A stretch of 64,000 bases of DNA from the human T2T-CHM13v2.0 reference genome, Homo sapiens: the NCBI RefSeq assembly GCF_009914755.1, contig NC_060944.1. One strand, written 5' to 3'. The position numbers were made by a program, and so were the translations under genes. The notes below the pieces were generated by a model, which made no database searches, had not been told where the DNA came from, and saw only the letters and a list, made by a program, of their open reading frames with translations. This document shows positions 13,254 to 25,600 of the stretch, piece by piece (within the stretch, counting starts at the first letter, position 1; each line of letters starts with the position of its first letter).

Positions 13254-13530
13254 GATTGGTGTGCCATTTTCTCTGGAAGCCTCTTTAGAGAAGAACACAG
13301 TGGCGCAGGCTGGGTGGAGCCGTCCCCCCATGGAGCACAGGCAGACAGAAGTCCCCACCCCAGCTGTGTGGCCTCAGGCCAGCCTTCCGCTCCTTGAAGC
13401 TGGTCTCCGCACAGTGCTGGTTCCATCACCCCCACCCAGGGAAGCAGGTCTGAGCAGCTTGTCCTGGCTGTGTCCATGTCAGAGCAATGGCCCAAGTCTG
13501 GGTCTGGGGGGGAAGGTGTCATGGAGCCCC

Positions 13531-13664
13531 CTACGATTCCCAGTCGTCCTCGTCCTCCTCTGCCTGTGGCTGCTGCGGTGGCGGCAGAGGAGGGATGGAG
13601 TCTGACACGCGGGCAAAGGCTCCTCCGGGCCCCTCACCAGCCCCAGGTCCTTTCCCAGAGATGC
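13531..13664 (-). CDS. WASHC1: WASH1 exon 11 coding part (acidic A region, stop)
   Basis: ctccag|GC ATC...TCG TAG; [44 protein letters not shown]. Confidence 0.95.
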
Positions 13665-16600
13665 CTGGAGGGAAAAGGCTGAGTGAGGGTGGTTGGTGGG
13701 AAACCCTGGTTCCCCCAGCCCCCGGAGACTTAAATACAGGAAGAAAAAGGCAGGACAGAATTACAATGTGCCGGCCCAGGGCGGGCAGCGGCCCTGCCTC
13801 CTACCCTTGCGCCTCATGACCAGCTTGTTGAAGAGATCCGACATCAAGTCCCCACCTTGGCTCGTGGCTCTCACTGCAATGGGAAAGCCACAGACTGGGG
13901 TGAAGAGTTCAGTCACATGCGACCGGTGGCTCCCTGTCCCCACCCCCATGACACTCCCCAGCCCTCCAAGGCCACTGTGTTTCCCAGTTAGCTCAGAGCC
14001 TCAGTCGATCCCTGACCCAGCACCGGGCACTGATGAGAAAGCGGCTGTTTGAGGAGCCACCTCCCAGCCACCTCGGGGACAGGGCCAGGGTGTGCAGCAC
14101 CACTGTACGATGGGGAAACTGGCCCAGAGAGGTGAGGCAGCTTGCCTGGGGTCACAGAGCAAGGCAAAAGCAGCGCTGGGTACAAGCTCAAAACCATAGT
14201 GCCCAGGGCACTGCCGCTGCAGGCGCAGGCATCGCATCACACCAGTGTCTGCGTTCACAGCAGGCATCATCAGTAGCCTCAAGAGGCCTCAGGTCCAGTC
14301 TCTAAAAATATCTCAGGAGGCTGCAGTGGCTGACCATTGCCTTGGACCGCTCTCGGCAGTCAAAGAAGATTCTCCTGTCACAGTTTGAGCTGGGTGAGCT
14401 TAGAGAGGAAAGCTCCACTATGGCTCCCCAGGAAGGAGCCATAGCCCAGGCAGGAGGGCTGAGGACCTCTGGTGGCGGCCCAGGGCTTCCAGCATGTGCC
14501 CTAGGGGAAGCAGGGGCCAGCTGGCAGGAGCAGGGGGTGGGCAGAAAGCACCCGGTGGACTCAGGGCTGGAGGGGAGGAGGCGATCTTGCCCAAGGCCCT
14601 CCGACCACAGGCTCCAGGGCCCGCTCACCTTGCTCCTGCTCCTTCTGCTTCTTCTTCTCCAGCTTTCGCTCCTTCACGCTGCGCAGCTTGGCCTTGCCGA
14701 TGCCCCCAGCTTGGCGGATGGACTCTAGCAGAGTGGCCCGGCCACCGGAGGGGTCGACCACTTCCCTGGGAGCTCCCTGGACTGGAGCCGGGAGGTGGGG
14801 AACAGGGCAAGGAGGAAAGGCTGCTCAGGCAGGGCTGGGGAAGCTTATTGTGTCCAAGAGCCTGCTGGGAGGGAAGTCACCTCCCCTCAAACGAGGAGCC
14901 CCGCGCTGGGGAGGCCGGACCTTTGGAGACTGTGTGGGGGGGCCTGGGCACTGACTTCTGCAACCACCTGAGCGCGGGCATCCTGTGTGCAGATACTCCC
15001 TGCTTCCTCTCTAGCCCCCACCCTGCAGAGCTGGACCCCAGAGCTAGCCATGCTCTGACAGTCTCAGTTGCACACATGAGCCAGCAGAGGGGTTTTGTGC
15101 CACTTCTGGATGCTAGGGTTAGACTGGGAGATACAGCAGTGAAGCTGAAATGAAAAATGTGTTGCTGTAGTTTGTTATTAGACCCCTTCTTTCCATTGGT
15201 TTAATTAGGAACGGGGAACCCAGAGCCTCACTTGTTCAGGCTCCCTCTGCCCTAGAAGTGAGAAGTCCAGAGCTCTACAGTTTGAAAACCACTATTTTAT
15301 GAACCAAGTAGAACAAGATATTTGAAATGGGAACTATTCAAAAAATTGAGAATTTCTGACCACTTAATAAACCCACAGAAAATCCACCCGAGTGCACTGA
15401 GCACACCAGAAATGAGGTGGCCTCAAAGAGCTGCTCCCACCTGAAGGAGACGCGCTGCTGCTGCCGTCGTCCTGCCTGGCGCCTTGGCCTACAGGGGCCG
15501 CGGTTGAGGGTGGGAGTGGGGATGCACTGGCCAGCACCTCAGGAGCTGGGGGAGGTGGTGGGGGCGGTGGGGGTGGTGGTGGTGCTGTTAGTACCCCATC
15601 TTGTAGGTCTGAAACACAAAGTGTGGGGTGTCTAGGGAAGAAGATATGTGAGCAGGGAGGTCCCCAGCCCAGCTCCCATCCCAGAACCCAGCTCACCTGC
15701 CTTGAGAGGCTCGGCTACCTCAGTGTGGAAGGTGGGCAGTTCCGGAATGGTGCCAGGGGCAGAGGGGGCAATGCCGGGGCCCAGGTCGGCACTGTACATG
15801 AGGTCGTTGGCAATGCCGGGCAGGTCAGGCAGGTAGGACGGAACATCAATCTCAGGCACCTGGCCCAGGTCTGGCACATAGAAGTAGTTCTCTGGGACCT
15901 GCAAGATTAGGCAGGGACATGTGAGAGGTGACAGGGACCTGCAGGGGCAGCCAACAAGACCTTGTGTGCACCTCCCATGGGTGGAATAAGGGGCCCAACA
16001 GCCTTGACTGGAGAGGAGCTCTGGCAAGGCCCTGGGCCACTGCACCTGTCTCCACCTCTGTCCCACCCCTCCCACCTGCTGTTCCAGCTGCTCTCTCTTG
16101 CTGATGGACAAGGGGGCATCAAACAGCTTCTCCTCTGTCTCTGCCCCCAGCATCACATGGGTCTTTGTTACAGCACCAGCCAGGGGGTCCAGGAAGACAT
16201 ACTTCTTGTACCTACAGGGGCGACATGGGGGTCAGGCAAGCTGACACCTGCTGTCCTGAGCCCATGTTCCTCTCCCACATCATCAGGGGCACAGTGTGCA
16301 CTGTGGGGTCCCAGGCCTCCCGAGCCGAGCCACCCCAGTCACCCCCGGCTCCTGGCCTATGTGCTGTACCTGTGTCTGATGCCCTGGGTCCCCACTAAGC
16401 CAGGCCAGGCCTCCCGCCCACACCCCTCGGCCCTGCCTTCTGGCCATACAGGTTCTCGGTGGTGTTGAAGAGCAGCAAGGAGCTGACAGAGCTGATGTTG
16501 CTGGGAAGACCCCCAAGTCCCTCTTCTGCATCGTCCTCGGGCTCCGGCTTGGTGCTCACACACACAGGAAAGTACTTCAGCTTCTCCTGGGAGGGCCAGG

Positions 16601-19600
16601 ATGGCCAAGGGATGGTGAATATTTGGTGCTGGGCCTAATCAGCTGCCACCCCATCCCAGTCAGCCTCCTCTGGGGGACAGAACCCTTGGTGGCCCCGGCT
16701 CCTCCCCAGTATCCAGTCCTCCTGGTGTGTGACAGGCTAAGTTATGTGCGTGGCCAGCAGACCTGCAGGGCCCGCTCGTCCAGGGGGCGGTGCTTGCTCT
16801 GGATCCTGTGGCGGGAGCGTCTCTGCAGGCCAGGGTCCTGGGCGCCCGTGAAGATGGAGCCATATTCCTGCAGGCGCTCTGGAGCAGGGTACTTGGCACT
16901 GGAGAACACCTGTGGACACAGGGACAAGTCTGAGGGGGCCCCAAGAGGCTCAGAGGGCTAGGATTGCTTGGCAGGAGAGGGTGGAGTTGGGAGCCTGGGC
17001 GAGAAGAAAGCCCAAGGTACAGGTGGGCAGCAGAGCAGAGACTGGGCGGCCTCAGAGGCACGGGGAAATGGAGGGACTGCCCAGTAGCCTCAGGACACAG
17101 GGGGATGGGGACTACCTTGATGGCCTTCTTGCTGCCCTTGATCTTCTCAATCTTGGCCTGGGCCAAGGAGACCTTCTCTCCAATGGCCTGCACCTGGCTC
17201 CGGCTCTGCTCTACCCGCTGGGAGATCCTGCCATGGAGAAGATCACAGAGGCTGGGCTGCTCCCCACCCCCTGCACACCTCCTGCTTCTAACAGCAGAGC
17301 TGCCAGGCCAGGCCCTCAGGCAAGGGCTCTGAAGTCAGGGTCACCTGCTTGCCAGGGCCGATCTTGGTGCCATCCAGGGGGCCTCTACAAGGATAATCTG
17401 ACCTGCAGGGTCAAGGAGTTGACGGTGCTGAGTTCCCTGCACTCTCAGTAGGGACAGGCCCTATGCTGCCACCTGTACATGCTATCTGAAAGACAGCCTC
17501 CAGGGCACACAGAGGATGGTATTTACACATGCACACATGGCTACTGATGGGGCAAGCACTTCACAACCCCTCATGATCACGTGCAGCAGACAAAGTGGCC
17601 TCTGCAGAGGGGGAACGGAGACCGGAGGCTGAGACTGGCAAGGCTGGACCTGAGTGTCGTCACCTAAATTCAGACGGGGAACTGCCCCTGCACATAGTGA
17701 ACGGCTCACTGAGCAAACTCTGAGTCCCGACCACCGCCTCAGTGTGGTCTAGCTCCTCACCTGCTTCCATCCTCCCTGGTGCGGGGTGGGCCCAGTGATA
17801 TCAGCTGCCTGCTGTTCCCCAGATGTGCCAAGTGCATTCTTGTGTGCTTGCGTCTCATGGAACGCCATTTCCCCAGACATCCCTGTGGCTGGCTCCTGAT
17901 GCCCGAGGCCCAAGTGTCTGATGCTTTAAGGCACATCACCCCACTCATGCTTTTCCATGTTCTTTGGCCGCAGCAAGGCCGCTCTCACTGCAAAGTTAAC
18001 TCTGATGCGTGTGTAACACGACATCCTCCTCCCAGTCGCCCTGTAGCTCCCCTACCTCCAAGAGCCCAGCCCTTGCCCACAGGGCCACACTCCACGTGCA
18101 GAGCAGCCTCAGCACTCACCGGGCACGAGCGAGCCTGTGTGGTGCGCAGGGATGAGAAGGCAGAGGCGTGACTGGGGTTCATGAGGAAGGGCAGGAGGAG
18201 GGTGTGGGATGGTGGAGGGGTTTGAGAAGGCAGAGGCGCGACTGGGGTTCATGAGGAAAGGGAGGGGGAGGGTGTGGGGTGGTGGAGGGGCTGCAGACTC
18301 TGGGCTAGGGAAAGCTGGGATGTCTCTAAAGGTTGGAATGAATGGCCTAGAATCCGACCCAATAAGCCAAAGCCACTTCCACCAACGTTAGAAGGCCTTG
18401 GCCCCCAGAGAGCCAATTTCACAATCCAGAAGTCCCCGTGCCCTAATGGGTCTGCCCTGATTACTCCTGGCTCCTTGTGTGCAGGGGGCTCAGGCATGGC
18501 AGGGCTGGGAGTACCAGCAGGCACTCAAGCGGCTTAAGTGTTCCATGACAGACTGGTATGAAGGTGGCCACAATTCAGAAAGAAAAAAGAAGAGCACCAT
18601 CTCCTTCCAGTGAGGAAGCGGGGCCACCACCCAGCGTGTGCTCCATCTTTTCTGGCTGGGGAGAGGCCTTCATCTGCTGTAAAGGGTCCTCCAGCACAAG
18701 CTGTTTTAATTGACCCTAGTTCCCAGGGCAGCCTCGTTCTGCCTTGGGTGCTGACACGACCTTCGGTAGGTGCATAAGCTCTGCATTCGAGGTCCACAGG
18801 GGCAGTGGGAGGGAACTGAGACTGGGGAGGGACAAAGGCTGCTCTGTCCTGGTGCTCCCACAAAGGAGAAGGGCTGATCACTCAAAGTTGCGAACACCAA
18901 GCTCAACAATGAGCCCTGGAAAATTTCTGGAATGGATTATTAAACAGAGAGTCTGTAAGCACTTAGAAAAGGCCACGGTGAGTCCCAGGGGCCAGCACTG
19001 CTCGCAATGTACGGCATTTCTCTTTGTAACAGGATTAGTAGCCTGCTGTGCCCAGGGAGAACATGCAGCACAGAGCATCTCGAGTCAGCAGGATTTCGAC
19101 GGCTTCTAACAAAATCTTGTAGACAAGATGGAGCTATGGGGGTTGGAGGAGAGAACATATAGGAAAATCAGAGCCAAATGAACCACAGCCCCAAAGGGCA
19201 CAGTTGAACAATGGACTGATTCCAGCCTTGCACGGAGGGATCTGGCAGAGTCCATCCAGTTCATTCAACACCTGGTTAGAAAACTGGGGCCAGCACACAG
19301 GGGAAGGGTAAGCTGGTTTCATGATCGAATCAAGGCTCAGACAATTTTTAAAGGCCAGAGGGTAGACTGCAATCACCAAGATGAAATTTACAGGGAACAA
19401 ATGTGAAGCCCAACATTTAGGTTTTAAAAATCAAGCGTATAAATATAGAAGGTGGAGGGAACTTGTTTTAGACACAGTTCAGGTGAAGAAAGACCTGGAA
19501 ACTTCTGTTAACTATAAGCTCAGTAGGGGCTAAAAGCATGTTAATCGGCATAAAAAGGCAATGAGATCTTAGGGCACACAGCTCCCCGCCCCTCTTCTGC

Positions 19601-22600
19601 CCTTCATCCTTCTTTCAATCAGCAGGGACCGTGCACTCTCTTGGAGCCACCACAGAAAACAGAGCCCTGGACTCATGAAGGAATCCATGCCAGGAACCAG
19701 TCTCAGCCACAGTCACATCCCTTTAAACTGGATCCACACAGTAAGAGGACTCTGAACTCCCCTGCAGACTGCGAAGTCTGCCTCATTCACTGCTATGTCT
19801 CTAGCACCTGGGATGGGGCCTGATGTGTAACAGCTGCTGGCTGAACAGAAAGTGACAGATGAGCAAACATCTCAAGGAGGGTGATGAGGATGGTGATGAG
19901 TGAGAAACTCCCGACATGTGAAGATAACTGAAGGATGTTCTGGCTAAAGATCCGAAGACTCTAAGAATATGATCATTCCCTTTGAATATCAAAATATCAA
20001 AAGGGCTGTCAGGTGGAGAAGTGAGTAAACTTGTATCAGGAATAGCGGGCAGAGTTGCAAGGAAACAGATCTCTGTTCTGTTAAAAAAAAAAAATTCCAT
20101 AAACAACTGCATCACTTTGCATAGCAATTAGGTTCCAGCTCACAAGCGCCTTCCGGGGGTGCCCCAAGGGTGAATCCTGCCTAAGGTGGAGGTAGAAGAC
20201 ATGACCCTGGGGCTCTTTCCTTAGCCAAGAGCCCATGAGACTAAGGAACATCGTGCTTGTTGACAAAGACCCCGGACAGTCTATTCTCTTACGGTCACAG
20301 GCTATGGTGCCAAGGACAAGTGCAGACTCAGGATCAGAAAGCTTGCAGCATATCTGCTATCTCCATGGACTAGCAGGATGGTCTGGAAGGCTGTGTCGGG
20401 AAGGCCCTTAGGCCTCACTGGGGCCAGGCCGTTGATGAACAATGTCCACCCTGAGGGTCGGGGAATGGTGCCATTTGTTTGTCATTCCTGGTCCAGACGC
20501 CCTTGGCTTGGTGGCCTACTTCAAGGTAGGTCAGTTTACAAGCTCAGTGCTGAACCCATACCCTATGGCACGCTCGCCCAGCACTAGAGAGGAAGCTGCC
20601 TCTGTGGACATCAGGGACGGAAGTGGCTCACCCAGCCTGTTCTGCGCGTGGTCTCACTAAGGGTCCATCTTCCTCTATCTGCCCCGGAGGGGACCATCTC
20701 CAAGCATCCCTTGCTTTCCTTCTCCCCCCTCCACCCCTCACTGTTCAATAACTTGAGTGCATCCCATTTGTAGAGCACATGCTGGGGCCGTGGGAGTGAA
20801 AGACGAATCAGACGACACACATCCACATTCAAAGGGACTCAGGGCTCCTGGGGAAGTAAGAAATGAATATCAATAACCACAACATCCCACAGGCCTGGGT
20901 TTCACATCTGTTTAGCAGCAGTGTGACCCTGGGGAGGTCACTAACTGGTCTCTGCCTCAGCTTCTTCCACTGAAAAACAGGAATGGTCCCTTCTACATCA
21001 TGGGATTACTGTGAAGGTGAGAAGGAGCTGATCATGGCCCATCAACCTCAGCACACCAGTCCCCCTAGAGGCTGCTGGGGAGGAAGAAGCAGGGAGCACC
21101 CACTCCTGACCCAGATTCACATTCACCGCTTCTCCTCCCCTGCCTCTGTCATGACCCCAGGGAAGCAGACGCTGAACCTGGGCTCTTGCCTTCATCTTTA
21201 TCTTCTCCACTCTGGGATAATTAAGAATGACTTGCTAATTATGCAGTGATCTAGTGCAATGTGTAACCTTCGGGGCCACCAGGTGCCAATCAGTAGAGAG
21301 AACAGGGGAGAAGGAAGGATGGAGGAAGCGAGGACAAGGGGAAAGGGGAAAGGAGGAAGGGGAGAAGAAAGGAAGAGGTGGGGAAAAGGACAAAGAAAGA
21401 GATGGAGGAAAGGACCAAGAGCTTCGCAGAGAAAATCACCCTTCCCAGGGGGAAGGTGCTGGGCAGTGGCACTGCCTCTTGGGGGAAGAGGTTGGGCAGG
21501 GGCTGACGGGCAATGGCAGATGACAGCATCCAAACTTCCACACACACGGTCTGTTCCTTCCTCTTCCCCGTGCCATCCCAACTCCCTTCTGCCTTGTCAT
21601 CTACGTCATGGGAAGCAGGTGACATATCTGGCAAGTTATTTTGGGGGCCTGGCTTCTCCCAGGTGAAGAGGGGGCAGCTGGAGGGGCAGAAAGAGGGGGC
21701 AGGGAGGGGCTGGAGGGCACAGCTGAAGACAGCCTGGGAGGTGATTGTCATCCCCTCCAGTCTCTGCACACTCCCGGCTGCAGCAGAGCAGGAGGAGAGA
21801 ACACAGCATGGAATGCTAATTTGCCAGGAGCTCACCTGCCTGCGTCACTGGGCACAGACGCCAGTGAGGCCAGAGGCCGGGCTGTGCTGGGGCCTGAGAT
21901 GGGGTGGTGGGGAGAGAGTCTCTCCCCTGCCCCTGTCTCTTCCGTGCAGGAGGAGCATGTTTAAGGGGAAGGGTTCAAAGCTGGTCACATCCCCACCAAA
22001 AAAGCCCATGGACAACGAAAAGCCCACTCGCTTGTCCAGTGCCACAGGAGGGGGCAAGTGGAGGAGGAGAGGTGGCGGTGCTCCCCACTCCACTGCCAGT
22101 CATCACTGGCTCTCCCTTCCCTTCATCCTCGTTCCCTATCTGTCACCATTTCCTGTCGTCGTTTCCTCTGAATGTCTCACCCTGCCCTCCCTGCTTACAA
22201 GTCCCCTGTCTGTAGCCTCACCCCTGTCGTATCCTGACTACAATAACAGCTTCTGGGTGTCCCTGGCATCCACTCTCTCTCCCTTCTTGTCCCTTCCGTG
22301 ATGGATGCTTGAGGAACCTTCCCCAAACTCTTCTGTCCCATCCCTGCCCTGCTCAAAATCCAATCACAGCTCCCTAACACTCCTGAATCAACTTGAAGTC
22401 CTGTCTTGAGTAATCCGTGGGCCCTAACTCACTCATCCCAACTCTTCACTCACTGCCTTGCCCCACACCCTGCCAGGGAGCCTCCCGTGGCACCGTGGGG
22501 ACACAAAGGAACCAGGGCAAAGCTCCCTCAGCCCCATTCAAAGAGGCCTGGCCCACAGGCTCACGGAAAGTCAGCCTCTCATGCCCCGAGAGCTGAGTGC

Positions 22601-25600
22601 AAGGGAGAGGCAGCGCTGTCTGTGCTTCCCATGCAGAAGCACCCCCTTCCCACCCCTGTGCAGGCCGGCCTTCCCGGCAGACCACCATACACCACGTTCC
22701 AAGCCACACTGAGGCCTCTCTCCAAGCCTGCGGCCCCCATTTCCAGACCCCACCAGGGCAACCTGCATATCCACCTCCCTACCCTGCCCCCCTCTTCCAG
22801 GAGTCTGCCCTATGTGGAGTAAGCACGTGGTTTTCCTCTTCAGCAACTATTTCCTTTTTACTCAAGCAATGGCCCCATTTCCCTTGGGGAATCCATCTCT
22901 CTTGCAGGCTTAGTCCCAGAGCTTCAGGTGGGGCTGCCCACAGAGCTTCTCAGTCTAAGCCAAGTGATGTGTCATAGTCCCCTGGCCCCAGTAATGGATT
23001 CTGGGATAGACATGAGGACCAAGCCAGGTGGGATGGGTGAGTGTGGCTTCTGGAGGAAGTGGGGACACAGGAGAGCATTCTTTCCTGCTGGACCTGACCC
23101 TGTGTCATGTCACCTTGCTACCACGAGAGCATGGCCTGTCTGGGAATGCAGCCAGACCCAAAGAAGCAAACTGACATGGAAGGAAAGCAAAACCAGGCCC
23201 TGAGGACATCATTTTAGCCCTTACTCCGAAGGCTGCTCTACTGATTGGTTAATTTTTGCTTAGCTTGGTCTGGGGAGTTCTGACAGGCGTGCCACCAATT
23301 CTTACCGATTTCTCTCCACTCTAGACCCTGAGAAGCCCACGCGGTTCATGCTAGCAATTAACAATCAATCTCGCCCTATGTGTTCCCATTCCAGCCTCTA
23401 GGACACAGTGTCAGCCACATAATTGGTATCTCTTAAGGTCCAGCACGAGGTGGAGCACATGGTGGAGAGACAGATGCAGTGACCTGGAACCCAGGAGTGA
23501 GGGAGCCAGGACTCAGGCCCAAGGCTCCTGAGAGGCATCCGGCCCTCCCTGGGCTGTGCCAGCAGCTTGGAGAACCCACACTCAATGAACGCAGCACTCC
23601 ACTACCCAGGAAATGCCTTCCTGCCCTCTCCTCATCCCATCCCTGGGCAGGGGACATGCAACTGTCTACAAGGTGCCAAGTACCAGGACAGGAAAGGAAA
23701 GACGCCAAAAATCCAGGGCTGCCCTCAGAGAAGGGCAACCATGCAGTCCCCATCTTGGCAAGGAAACACAATTTCCGAGGGAATGGTTTTGGCCTCCATT
23801 CTAAGTGCTGGACATGGGGTGGCCACAATCTGGAGCTGATGGCTCTTAAAGACCTGCATCCTCTTCCCTAGGCGTCCCTTGGGCACATCTAGCACAACGA
23901 TAAGCACAAAAGGTGCATCCAGCACTTTCTGTTACTATTGGTGGCAGGTTCATGAATGGCAACCAAAGGCAGTGTACGGGTCAAGATTATCAACAGGGAA
24001 GACACAGCATTTCCTGAAGGCTTCCTAGGTGCCAGGCACTGTTCCATTCCTTTGCATGTTTTGATTAATTTAATATTTACAATAATTCTACCAGGAAGCT
24101 ACCATTATTACCACAACTTCACAAATGAGAACACTGAGGCTTAGAGGGGTTGGGTTGTCCAAGGTTACAGAAGAAGAAAACAGGGGAGCTGGATCTGAGC
24201 CAAGGCATCAACTCCAAGGTAACCCCTCAGTCACTTCAGTGCGTGCCACCTGGTTACTGGGACATTCTTGACAAGCTTGGGGCAAGCCGGTGAGTCAGTG
24301 GGGGAGGACTTTCAGGAAGAGGTGGGTTCCCAGTTGGTGACAGAAGAGGAGGCTGCAAAGTGAAGGAGCAGGGGCTCCAGGTCTGGCGACAACCAGGGAA
24401 GGGACAGGGCGGGGATGACTTGGACCACGAGAGGCACCTGAGTCAGGCAGTCACATACTTCCCGCTGGGGTCTACCATGTGAGGCATGGTGTGGGATCCT
24501 GGGAAGGAGACCAAGCCTCATTTCAGGTTGCTTATGGCCAAAGACAGGACCTGTGTACCCGACAACCCCTGGGACCTTTGCCAAAAAAACAACAAACACC
24601 ATTCACTCACTCATGTTAGATAAACACTGAGTGAAGTCACTGGAGCCCAAGGACTGTGCGAGGTCAGCGCTCCCAATACAAGAAGCTGCACCCCTCCAGC
24701 TCGCCTCCCTCAATGGCCACTCCGTGCTCCAGCCATGCTGGCTTCCTTTTAGGTCCTCCACCTCCAGGCTGTAGTTCATGTGCTTCTTTCTGGAATGTTC
24801 TTCCCAACCTACCCACTCAACCCTCAGACTTTACCATAAATGTCATTTCCTCACATCTGCCTTCCCTGACCTGAGACCAAGCCAGGCTTCCCATGACGAG
24901 CCTCACAGTACCCTATCTCCCCTGAACAGATGCAGTAATAACCTACATAACCCGGGGCCATGATCTATGGCTTTGAATCCTGGCTCTGTCACTTGGCCAG
25001 GTCTCTCAGCCTTTCTGTGCCCCAGTTTCCTCATCTATAAAATGAGATGACGGCAGTGCCTGCTCATGAAGTGTGAGTTAATGCACTCAAATCAATGCTG
25101 GTGCACGGTTTATACTATATGAATATTAGTGATTACAAAATATTATCAATAGACCTTGTCACAACTGTTATTGAAGAACTAATCATGTACTGGTTATTTA
25201 GGTCTTTCTCTCCTGCCAGAATGTGCGCTCCATGGAGAGGTATGCTGCCTTATCCGTGGCTGGATATATAGAGATTCCCACACTGCCTTGCACACGAGCA
25301 CTGCTGGGTAAATATTTGCTGGCTGCAGGAAAACGTGAAGGAATAGGCCCTCCAATGGGAGGAAAAGCACGAGTTGTGAGAGCAGAGCCACCACAGGAAA
25401 CCAGGAGGCTAAGTGGGGCGGAAGGGAGTGAGCTCTCGGACTCCCAGGAGTAAAAGCTTCCAAGTTGGGCTCTCACTTCAGCCCCTCCCACACAGGGAAG
25501 CCAGATGGGTTCCCCAGGACCAGGATTCCCCAAGGGGGCTGCTCCCAGAGGGTGTGTTGCTGGGATTGCCCAGGACAGGGATGGCCCTCTCATCAGGTGG

